Virus record (IMG/VR): IMGVR_UViG_3300008216_002531
Location: 32,001-96,000 of that record
Source: a virus
DNA length: 64,000 bases
Direction: 5' to 3' (one strand)
The position numbers and the translations under genes are program-made. Below the pieces are notes generated by a model. It worked only from the letters and a program-made list of their open reading frames with translations. It had not been told where the DNA came from and made no database searches. Positions 56,677 through 64,000 of the stretch are shown piece by piece. The stretch's first letter is position 1; each line of letters begins with the position of its first letter.

Positions 56677-58102
56677 CTACAATAAACCCTTGGTCTTGCT
56701 TCTTATTGCCTTTTTTCAATTCGTTTCTAGTGCAACCTTCATCTATCTTGGACACATCCCCTTTCATGGACATATTTATATAATCTCCATCGCTCAAACC
56801 CGCCCCGTGTCTAGAAACCAATGGGACTAATTTTTTATTTCCATTGTCTTCTCCGTCTTCTGCAACTTCTTCTTCTGATTTATTTTTGAAAATGGAGAAG
56901 CTGGTACACAGCCATATAAGCCTATCGGAGCCGCTAACGACATCAGTCGATTCTTTAGTTATGCCGTCTCTGTTTAGCTGCACAAACGACAGACACGGAC
57001 AATCATATTGAACACAGAAGTTGTGTAGAGAGGTAATTTGAAAACCAAGAACTTGGAATTCTTGTAGGCCAGAAGACATATTATCCGAGGTCATCAGCTT
57101 CAAATAATCATACACAATCAGGCAGTCGTTAGTTCTTCCATTTTCATCAAACCCTACTTTTTGAGCAATCCACCTTCTCATCACGGAGAGGGTTTCTTCA
57201 AAAGGTTTTCCGGCGATGCTGATGTAGTCATAAGGCACATCTTTTAAAGCTTCAGAGGCCTTGTGTATTTTTTCTTTTTCTATAGCGCTATTGGCAAATT
57301 TTCCCGTGGATATTGTATTTATGGGAACTTTACTTATATTTGAAATAATACGATTGACATGATCCTCTTTAGACATTTCTGTGTCTAACATAAGAACTGG
57401 TATATTAAGCTCTTTGGAGACATGCAGGGCAACATTATCTCCAAACATGCTTTTTCCCACCTTTGGCCTAGCGGCTATAAGGTCGACACACTTTCTTCTA
57501 AATCCTCCTCCTATAGCAGTATCATATCGTTGATATCCACTGCTGATGCCCAGTATATCCACTGGGTTATCTTCTAGATGTTGAATGTAATCCTCAACGT
57601 CGTCTCCAAGGGCGGCTGGGCGATCATCCCCTCCCTGTTTTATGGAGTTAGAAAGCTCAAAGATGGGATTTTCAGCAAGCGAAATAATTTCATTTACTGT
57701 TTCTTCTCCAGTAATTTCAGACAGGCTAGTATATGCTTGCTTTATATTTTTTTGTACGGTTCTGGCAAATTCTAGTTTTCTTATCTTGACTGCGTGCTTT
57801 CGCACGTTTTCAAGATGTATCGGAAAATTAAAAACAGATCTTAGATATTCAAGCTCTTTTTTAGAGTTCAAAATCTCATGAAAGTTCAGTTCTGTTGCGC
57901 TAGAAAGAATGGACGATATGTCAACCTGATCGCTACTTTCAAGAATCTTACTAAGGCATTTGTAGATTATTTGGTTAGACTCATGAACAAAAGTATTAGC
58001 TGTTATTACGTCGTCTACATCTACAAACGCTTGTGAGCCATATTGACATACTCCTGATAACACGGCCCTTTCCGCCGCAGTGTCACTGAGTATTTGATTC
58101 AT
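56639..58102 (-). CDS. dnaB: Replicative DNA helicase
   Basis: AERAVL N-domain; AARPKVGKS (Walker A), DTEMS, IVYDYLKL, VQLNR, SRHG. Confidence 0.92.
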   Translation of the reverse strand: MNQILSDTAAERAVLSGVCQYGSQAFVDVDDVITANTFVHESNQIIYKCLSKILESSDQVDISSILSSATELNFHEILNSKKELEYLRSVFNFPIHLENVRKHAVKIRKLEFARTVQKNIKQAYTSLSEITGEETVNEIISLAENPIFELSNSIKQGGDDRPAALGDDVEDYIQHLEDNPVDILGISSGYQRYDTAIGGGFRRKCVDLIAARPKVGKSMFGDNVALHVSKELNIPVLMLDTEMSKEDHVNRIISNISKVPINTISTGKFANSAIEKEKIHKASEALKDVPYDYISIAGKPFEETLSVMRRWIAQKVGFDENGRTNDCLIVYDYLKLMTSDNMSSGLQEFQVLGFQITSLHNFCVQYDCPCLSFVQLNRDGITKESTDVVSGSDRLIWLCTSFSIFKNKSEEEVAEDGEDNGNKKLVPLVSRHGAGLSDGDYINMSMKGDVSKIDEGCTRNELKKGNKKQDQGFIVDENDNEQIPFAT

Positions 58103-58109
58103 ACTTTTT

Positions 58110-58604
58110 TTAACCTTTGCAACAAGCGCTGCATCTATAGTGCTCTCTTTTGAGGGATGGCGGAATCATATCTGATTTACCGCACAGATGGCAGGTGATG
58201 CTCATTAGCCCTTCGGATGGTTTTCTCGACCGCTCAACGGGCTTTGTTGCCGAGTCATCAATCAGGCTTGCTCCAGCTTCTTCCACTCCTATAGTGCCAT
58301 CATCATTAAACTGGTTTTTTCTACTTTTCAAATTTAGAGGCTCTCCTTTTGTGAGGCGCTGTCTGGAGTTTTCAACATCGTCTGACACCGGCATGGTAAA
58401 ATCATCCGTATCTTTTTTTATCGTCTCGCCTACCTCTTTTTCGCCGTCAGACTCTTTCTCAATCTCCTTTACGCTCATTCCCGCCAATTCTTCCCCCATA
58501 AATTCCTCAAGACTGTCTTTGATTAATTCAATATCGTTTGTTAGCACTCCTTGTTTCACACCGTCTGTAAATGTCTTTATGGCGTCCATCCACTTAGGTG
58601 GCAT
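58110..58604 (-). CDS. Hypothetical protein with C-terminal Zn ribbon
   Basis: CHLCG...YRCSAC. Confidence 0.6.
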   Translation of the reverse strand: MPPKWMDAIKTFTDGVKQGVLTNDIELIKDSLEEFMGEELAGMSVKEIEKESDGEKEVGETIKKDTDDFTMPVSDDVENSRQRLTKGEPLNLKSRKNQFNDDGTIGVEEAGASLIDDSATKPVERSRKPSEGLMSITCHLCGKSDMIPPSLKREHYRCSACCKG

Positions 58605-59073
58605 TATCTACCCTCCGTTTGCTTCTTTGTAGTTCTATAAGAGCGTTGCTCATTGATTGTATCCTACCAGACATATATGACAATCTGTCTGACACTGCTT
58701 GGGCATAAGATAGTATTTCGTTTAGCTTAAGTGCGTGTTCATTACTAATAACAACTGCGTGCTCTTTCTCTTCGTATTTCATATAACGATCAAACTGTCC
58801 TGAGTTTTGTGCTATAATATTCTTAATGTTGTTTTTAGCCCAATTTATTCTGGCCGTCTGTTCATTTATTTGTTGCTGCATATATAGAGAATATTGAGCT
58901 AGGGAAAAAGCTAGCTCTCCACACTCCGCACTCGTAAGAGCCTTAAGCTCAAAGCTTTTCATTTGTAATACTCTGAGGGCTTCTTCATTATATTCAACCT
59001 TATGTATTCCGCGCTTGGCTAAATAGTCATCAATTAGTTGTTCAAAGCGAGATAGCTTGTCTTTAGCTGTCAT
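58594..59073 (-). CDS. Hypothetical helical/coiled-coil protein
   Basis: All-helical pattern; lies between the RecA and DnaB genes; start probably ATG 59073. Confidence 0.55.
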   Translation of the reverse strand: MTAKDKLSRFEQLIDDYLAKRGIHKVEYNEEALRVLQMKSFELKALTSAECGELAFSLAQYSLYMQQQINEQTARINWAKNNIKNIIAQNSGQFDRYMKYEEKEHAVVISNEHALKLNEILSYAQAVSDRLSYMSGRIQSMSNALIELQRSKRRVDNAT

Positions 59074-59467
59074 CGAAGATTCTGGTTCTCCACTCATCGT
59101 CACTCTCTGTGTGTGGTAGTTCTATGAACGTGATGTTGTTTATGCTAGCCCAATTAGCCTTTTGTCTGTCTCTCGCCTGAGCTTTATAAAAGTCGGCCTT
59201 GCTCTTAAAGAAAAACGAATTGAACTCATAATGCTGAGATCCATGAACCTCAATCATTAGTGTTCTCTTGGGGATATAGAAATCCGCGAAAAGGCCGCAC
59301 CCCGGCAGGGGAACCTCCTCCAATATTCTATCGTAGGGAAACTCCCGAGTCAAGAGGGCTTTTGCGCGTACATGATGTTGTGAGCGTGGCCTACTGTCGT
59401 CTTTGTATGGAACATGATTGGCAAGGTTCCATGTGTAAGTTTTGCCGTCTAATCCAGTTATTTTCAT
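59063..59467 (-). CDS. Vsr/DUF559-like endonuclease
   Basis: ADFYIP...IEVHGSQHY...RDRQK..W...N.I..IEL. Confidence 0.75.
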   Translation of the reverse strand: MKITGLDGKTYTWNLANHVPYKDDSRPRSQHHVRAKALLTREFPYDRILEEVPLPGCGLFADFYIPKRTLMIEVHGSQHYEFNSFFFKSKADFYKAQARDRQKANWASINNITFIELPHTESDDEWRTRIFDDS

Positions 59468-60498
59468 AGCATGGCTTTAATGTCAGATTCTAGTAATTTT
59501 AACAGATCGGGATTTCTTTGCAGGAATTGATATAACTTCTCCTGTCCTTGAAATTTAGTAGTGGGATCAAAGTCCATAGCCTTGGCTTCTTCTTCGTGGT
59601 TCTCCATAAAGTTACACGTAAACCAAGCTCCAGCTTTAGAAATCAGCCCAAAATCTGCTCCTAAATTGATCCACTCACAAACACTATCAATACCTTTGCC
59701 ATATCTAAGATAGCTATCTACTACTGCTCCCGGTGGACCCAAGGCAGAATGCTCTACGGTCCAAGAAATTATCTGTCCAATTGGAGCGTCGGAGTTTCCA
59801 ACATTCCATTTCTTGACCCCCTTGGCTCTTAGCTTGATGTCAGACTGGTATTTGATTTTCTGTCCACCATCTTCAATATAAGCTTTTCCATATCCACTGG
59901 TATTGGCGATTAAGTGTTGGATAATAATAATGATGGTGTTTTGAATAGGAACAACGGTTCCCATTTGTTTGCAAAACGAAGATAATAGTTTGGGAGTACC
60001 CGCTCTGGTTTGACCGTTGATCTCGTTGAGCATCTCTTTTTCTGGAGACAAAGCAGAGGCGGAATCTATTATTACTACGCAGCCCGGATGGTCCTTGATG
60101 ATGTTGGTTGCGATAGTCAAGAAGTCTTCTGCTGTTAAGATGTTGCCCTGAGTGGACTGTATTAGTTTTAACTTGTCAGGATTTAACCCCTCTACACCGC
60201 TTAGGTTCATTTTTTTGAATCTGCCCTCGGCGTTTAAATAGTATACCATCCTCCCGCCAGCTTCTTCGGTTTGGCAGTTCGCAGCTATTTGCAAAGCCGT
60301 CGTGGTCTTCCCGCATTTTGGCGCGCCAGACAGAATAACCCAGCTACCTTCTGGGATTCCTCCGTTCAACCCAATGTCTATTGCAGGACTGACAGGGATG
60401 GTGAAAATATCTTCTTCTATAACAAGATTAGAATCAATCATAATCTCGCCATACTTTTTAACGATATCTTTTTCTACCTTGTCGTAATATTCATTCAT
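59464..60498 (-). CDS. recA: RecA/UvsX recombinase
   Basis: DIGLNGGIPEG, GAPKCGKTT (Walker A), VIIDSASAL (Walker B), GG..IKY, YGKGID, KAGAWF, FQG.EK. Confidence 0.92.
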   Translation of the reverse strand: MNEYYDKVEKDIVKKYGEIMIDSNLVIEEDIFTIPVSPAIDIGLNGGIPEGSWVILSGAPKCGKTTTALQIAANCQTEEAGGRMVYYLNAEGRFKKMNLSGVEGLNPDKLKLIQSTQGNILTAEDFLTIATNIIKDHPGCVVIIDSASALSPEKEMLNEINGQTRAGTPKLLSSFCKQMGTVVPIQNTIIIIIQHLIANTSGYGKAYIEDGGQKIKYQSDIKLRAKGVKKWNVGNSDAPIGQIISWTVEHSALGPPGAVVDSYLRYGKGIDSVCEWINLGADFGLISKAGAWFTCNFMENHEEEAKAMDFDPTTKFQGQEKLYQFLQRNPDLLKLLESDIKAML

Positions 60499-60932
60499 TG
60501 GTCTAAGTCTCTTAGTTTGGAAATAGTGCTCTTGCTTCCAAAGGGCTTTCTTGGCTTACTATCTGTTTCTATATCTTCTACGCTAATAGAGCCTTGTGCG
60601 TCTGATCGTTGTAGAACTTGTTCTTCTTTTATGATTAGATCTTCTAGTCCGGGGAATCTTAGAGAATATATAGACTTCCCTCTGCCGCTGTTCAGAGCCT
60701 TTATGATTGCTCTCTCGTCATGTTTTTTGACAAGGCGGTTGGCCAGAATGATTTGATGAGTGTAGGATTTTTTCCATTTTTCTGTGTTCCAAAATTTATA
60801 GGCAGGGGTTCCAACATTGTCCTTCTCTGCCTGTCTTTGGCAGACTATTTCAGCTATGTACTGTGCTGCCGTGCAATATTCTCCAGTGGACGGGGATTTA
60901 TATTTGCTTTTGTCACTTCTTTTTCTCGTCAC
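60495..60932 (-). CDS. Hypothetical protein (145 aa)
   Basis: Coupled ORF in the - strand run; basic composition. Confidence 0.6.
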   Translation of the reverse strand: MTRKRSDKSKYKSPSTGEYCTAAQYIAEIVCQRQAEKDNVGTPAYKFWNTEKWKKSYTHQIILANRLVKKHDERAIIKALNSGRGKSIYSLRFPGLEDLIIKEEQVLQRSDAQGSISVEDIETDSKPRKPFGSKSTISKLRDLDQ

Positions 60933-61374
60933 TTAGTACACCCTGTCTGGCTATCAAGCAAATTGTGTTTTCGTCTGGATCTCTAGTCTCTGTGAATTGC
61001 GTTGTTAATTCTGGAACATTGTAAGCGGAAATAAGTAAAATATCTTTTTCCAAAACTCCGCAAATATATGAATGATGAGTTAGTCCTCCACCATACAAGA
61101 AACCCCCAGCGCCTTTGCAAAAATAATATCCGTCGTAATTCTTACCAATCTCTACTTTGTTTGTCCCGTTCTGTATATACATATCCACAACATAAACGCC
61201 GGTTTTTTCACAGTGGATACCCAAGCGCTCCCAAGCGCTTTCTGGCTCTACCCCTTCTCTTTCGTCGTCTTGGTATACAATTAAACCATCCGACAAAGTG
61301 GCCACCCAAACGGTGCCCTTCTCAAATAAGCTAGCTGTATACAAATCTGGCTCTGTACATATAAAGACCATCAA
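60913..61374 (-). CDS. Hypothetical protein (153 aa)
   Basis: Coupled ORF in the - strand run. Confidence 0.6.
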   Translation of the reverse strand: MMVFICTEPDLYTASLFEKGTVWVATLSDGLIVYQDDEREGVEPESAWERLGIHCEKTGVYVVDMYIQNGTNKVEIGKNYDGYYFCKGAGGFLYGGGLTHHSYICGVLEKDILLISAYNVPELTTQFTETRDPDENTICLIARQGVLSDEKKK

Positions 61375-61697
61375 TCGTCCTTTATTTTATGCACCACGTT
61401 TGGGTCAAACTTATTCTTTTGCTGCGATGGCGTCTCTCCCGCCATGGAGGCTTCTTGTGTCATAACAGACACGCCATATTTCTCATTTTTAATCATCATA
61501 TCTCCAACGCTTGGAGTGTCAGATTTAGATTTTGCAATATGTTCGGTGTCGTCAGGACTGAGCGCATCAAGATATTTCTGAATAGTTTTTTCTGTTCTCG
61601 ACAGATCTGTAGCCAGTTCTTTAACCGGTTGATTCTGATTATTGTCGATATAAAACTTTTCTACTTTGGTCAGCGGTCCTTTATTTTTGGTTACCAT
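61371..61697 (-). CDS. Hypothetical protein with N-terminal HTH
   Basis: LTKVEKFYI...VKELATDLSRTEKTIQKYL helix-turn-helix pattern. Confidence 0.6.
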   Translation of the reverse strand: MVTKNKGPLTKVEKFYIDNNQNQPVKELATDLSRTEKTIQKYLDALSPDDTEHIAKSKSDTPSVGDMMIKNEKYGVSVMTQEASMAGETPSQQKNKFDPNVVHKIKDD

Positions 61698-62049
61698 CTA
61701 TTATCATCCTTTCTGCCTGAGTTAAATGTCTAGTAGACCTCGTTTTGAGATATTTGCAATACTGTTCAAATACTATAGAGCTAACCTTTCTCCAGTCCCA
61801 ATCCCCGGTTCTTGTTCTATCGGCATAAGTCCCCCAAGGGTCAAATATTCTTCCGCGTCCAAATTTAATATAGTACGTAGTCGACTTGGTGTTGTCTTCC
61901 GTACCTACGTTGGTTTTATTTACTAGTTTAGCATAGCTTTTATTACTGTCTTTTTTTACAGAATTTCCACCTTCTGTAAAATATGTAACCTCAGTAACAA
62001 CTGGACTTGGGGCTTGAAAATCCAACTTCTCATTTTCGTGTCTAGCCAT
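61681..62049 (-). CDS. Hypothetical protein
   Basis: Coupled ORF; start probably ATG 62049. Confidence 0.55.
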   Translation of the reverse strand: MARHENEKLDFQAPSPVVTEVTYFTEGGNSVKKDSNKSYAKLVNKTNVGTEDNTKSTTYYIKFGRGRIFDPWGTYADRTRTGDWDWRKVSSIVFEQYCKYLKTRSTRHLTQAERMIIDGNQK

Positions 62050-62341
62050 TAGATAATTCTTTCGTTTCAATGATAAAGTTTTTATTATCGGCCGCGCTTG
62101 GCGCTTCGCTAAGTTGGACTCCTTCCAAGGGGACCATATAGAATGAACCCGAAACCTCTTTTACAAAACTAGAGTCTCCGCAAAAGCAACAGTTGGCTCG
62201 TATATTAACCGAGGTTGGAGCTTCTTTGACACGCATTACTTTAACTAGGGCCTTGCCACAACTAGAACAATCTAGCTGGATGGATTTTACCTCCACCGGA
62301 GGTTTAGCTTCTTCAGGCTCTTTATGAAAAAAATCTACCAT
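62042..62341 (-). CDS. Hypothetical Zn-ribbon protein
   Basis: CSSCG...CCFCG. Confidence 0.6.
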   Translation of the reverse strand: MVDFFHKEPEEAKPPVEVKSIQLDCSSCGKALVKVMRVKEAPTSVNIRANCCFCGDSSFVKEVSGSFYMVPLEGVQLSEAPSAADNKNFIIETKELSNG

Positions 62342-62343
62342 GA

Positions 62344-62565
62344 TTATTGTCCGTCGTGAAATTCTTTGATTTTATTGATTAAATTTTTTACGCACTCGTA
62401 TTTATTATTACCCTTAACAACCACAGGAACTTTTTCGGATTTAATTCCATATCTACTCATTTCCTCCAAAGACATTTTGTCTCCGGCGCATTCTCCCGTT
62501 TTGAGAACTTCGTGAATAGCTATATCCATTGTTACAATGGCTTTATATGGCGCATCTCCAGCCAT
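62344..62565 (-). CDS. Hypothetical protein (73 aa)
   Basis: TAATG-coupled to the FmdB-like gene. Confidence 0.55.
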   Translation of the reverse strand: MAGDAPYKAIVTMDIAIHEVLKTGECAGDKMSLEEMSRYGIKSEKVPVVVKGNNKYECVKNLINKIKEFHDGQ

Positions 62566-62912
62566 TATTTAGTTCCTTTTTCTATGTATCTCTTTTTTTG
62601 TTCGGGCGTCATTTTTCTGATTTCTTTTTTTGTAGCCCCCTTCGGTGTACTTCCAGCGGCTTTCTTCTTGGCCTCCTCCTGTGCTCCCTTTTTGTCTCCC
62701 AGTTCGTATCTTCCCATCTGTGCTGTGTTTCTTTCAGCCCAGTGTCCAATTGTTTGAGGCTCTCCTTTCGTAAAAATAAACGGAGTTCCAAAAACACGAG
62801 CCAGTTTATTTTTCTCACACTTTGGGCATTTTCTTTTTGCTCTGTCTTTCATCGATTGAACTATTTCAAAACCATGCCCACAAGAGGAACACTTATATTC
62901 ATATGTTGGCAT
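62565..62912 (-). CDS. FmdB-family zinc-ribbon protein
   Basis: MPTYEYKCSSCGHGFEIVQSM...CPKC signature. Confidence 0.88.
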   Translation of the reverse strand: MPTYEYKCSSCGHGFEIVQSMKDRAKRKCPKCEKNKLARVFGTPFIFTKGEPQTIGHWAERNTAQMGRYELGDKKGAQEEAKKKAAGSTPKGATKKEIRKMTPEQKKRYIEKGTK

Positions 62913-63211
62913 TAGACAATCTTTTCCAGATCTTCAATGATAGTCTTAGTCGCTCTAGAATTGTTCTTTTTTTGTGAGTCTACTAGTTGTAAAGACAGGA
63001 GTCTTATATTTATTAGTTGCTCGCACAGATGCTCCACGATATTGCCACTTATCATAGGAGCTTTTTTAGACAGTGTAATAATTTCGTAATATTGTTCTTG
63101 TTTCATTAGTCGAAATGGTTTGCCATCTTCAGTCGTTAAGCTATACTCTTTGTTCAAAGGTGAAAATATTTTTTCGGATAAAGATCCTAGCTCTAAGCCA
63201 AATAACTTCAT
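62912..63211 (-). CDS. Hypothetical protein (~99 aa)
   Basis: Start moved to ATG 63211 (ATGA overlap with the upstream stop); the track's 158-aa version overlaps its neighbour by 181 nt. Confidence 0.5.
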   Translation of the reverse strand: MKLFGLELGSLSEKIFSPLNKEYSLTTEDGKPFRLMKQEQYYEIITLSKKAPMISGNIVEHLCEQLINIRLLSLQLVDSQKKNNSRATKTIIEDLEKIV

Positions 63212-63543
63212 CGTTGCAGACTCCATAAAACAAAGATTTGCATGAGTGCCACCCCAATAATGGAAGCCCAAGCCCAGAGTTTTTTCCAGTGATATAATAT
63301 AACAAGGATTCCAAGAGCAAGCGTCGTCCCAACAGTCTTCACCCCCATAAACAAGGCTATATCCCCACCGTCTTCTCGTATGAGCCATCTGCCCACTGGA
63401 TTAAGCTCAAGCTCTAACAAATATTCTTGTGTCTTTATAGACGTGTATATATCAACAGCAGAAGCAACCCCAATAAAAAGCCACAGTTGGGCGTATGCTG
63501 CTGTGTAGGCGTATTTGTTAAACAGCCTCGTGAAAGTTTTCAT
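63208..63543 (-). CDS. DUF5658-like membrane protein (about three TM segments)
   Basis: Hydrophobic helices with D..T......ELNP...W......F...K pattern. Confidence 0.65.
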   Translation of the reverse strand: MKTFTRLFNKYAYTAAYAQLWLFIGVASAVDIYTSIKTQEYLLELELNPVGRWLIREDGGDIALFMGVKTVGTTLALGILVILYHWKKLWAWASIIGVALMQIFVLWSLQR

Positions 63544-63950
63544 GATTGTATTGGATTGCCATATCTGTCTTTACCTTCTAGATTAGACACTTCTTCCCAA
63601 ACGTCTGACCAGCCAGATTCGTCGTCTGAACGAACCCTAGCGGCTTTGTCGTCTATATAGATGACGCCAGCGGGTTTGCCCATGTAGGCGTGATGATATT
63701 TAACGCCGTGGTCCTCCAGCCAGTCTGTCCACTCCCTATATCCGCGTCCATATTGACGATGGATGTTTCCCTTCTCTCTGTCTCCATACCTAGCGGTATA
63801 TAACGTAATAACAAAACCCATGTCATATAGCTTATTGACTTGATCTATGCCGTGTTGTAAAGGACCAGCCTTGCTATAGTCTCCACCGTGGTTTTTATCC
63901 GCTATTACACCATCACAGTCCACTATTAGTGTCTTAAGTGAATCGGCCAT
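63540..63950 (-). CDS. HAD-superfamily phosphatase (capsule-biosynthesis/IIIC-like)
   Basis: IVDCDGVIA, LYTARYG, WL..HGVKY, GKP....YIDDKA; GGAGG SD. Confidence 0.85.
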   Translation of the reverse strand: MADSLKTLIVDCDGVIADKNHGGDYSKAGPLQHGIDQVNKLYDMGFVITLYTARYGDREKGNIHRQYGRGYREWTDWLEDHGVKYHHAYMGKPAGVIYIDDKAARVRSDDESGWSDVWEEVSNLEGKDRYGNPIQS

Positions 63951-63967
63951 TGTATCCCTCCTTTTAT

Positions 63968-63980
63968 GTTATACCGTCCA
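63968..63980 (-). promoter_or_regulatory. Candidate promoter motif TGGACGGTATAAC
   Basis: Upstream of the AGGAGG SD and ATG 63950; shares TGGACGGTAT with 15363-15372. Confidence 0.4.
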
Positions 63981-64000
63981 ATCGACGTGGATGCACGTAC

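Noticed and set aside
58594-59073. UvsY-like recombination mediator call
   Set aside because: Only position near recA and helical character support it; no motif I can verify.
1178-63660. Numerous short antisense or out-of-frame ORFs in the track (e.g. 52081-52629 +, 58150-58632 +, 60271-60756 +, 12970-13284 -)
   Set aside because: They lie wholly within well-supported genes on the opposite strand or frame and have no motifs; treated as shadow ORFs.
1-64000. Stop-codon reassignment (alternative genetic code)
   Set aside because: Genes are full length and tightly packed under the standard code, and TAA, TAG and TGA all serve as stops at gene junctions.

Overview
This 64-kb window reads as part of a large dsDNA tailed bacteriophage genome. 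It is almost fully coding, uses the standard genetic code, and shows no rRNA, tRNA or CRISPR array that I can see. Two arms converge on a bidirectional intrinsic terminator at ~16.8 kb. The + strand arm (1-16767) encodes putative virion proteins, including a 1520-aa protein and a 2684-aa Cys-rich giant. The giant carries a VWA domain and what looks like a catalytically dead matrixin (M10) fold interrupted by ~1100 aa of inserts. The - strand arm (63950->16874) is a tightly coupled gene run with three parts. (i) Replication/recombination genes: RecA, DnaB, DnaG, dNMP kinase, ThyX, Cas4/RecB-like nuclease, DEDDh exonuclease, SSB and a sigma factor. (ii) A DNA polymerase III alpha split into two genes with no intein. 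Between the halves sits a 6.8-kb cargo that looks like an arginine/lysine catabolic module: ArgZ-like arginine dihydrolase, lysine 6-aminotransferase, aldehyde dehydrogenase, saccharopine/lysine dehydrogenase and an HPPD/HglS-like VOC enzyme, with an ornithine cyclodeaminase nearby. (iii) A ~20-kb nucleotide-sugar, methyltransferase and glycosyltransferase cluster with no exporter or polymerase, suggesting glycosylation of a cytoplasmic target such as the virion or DNA. Three short ORFs missing from the ORF track and a candidate promoter motif were found by reading the sequence. All functional calls come from motif recognition; no database searches were run.
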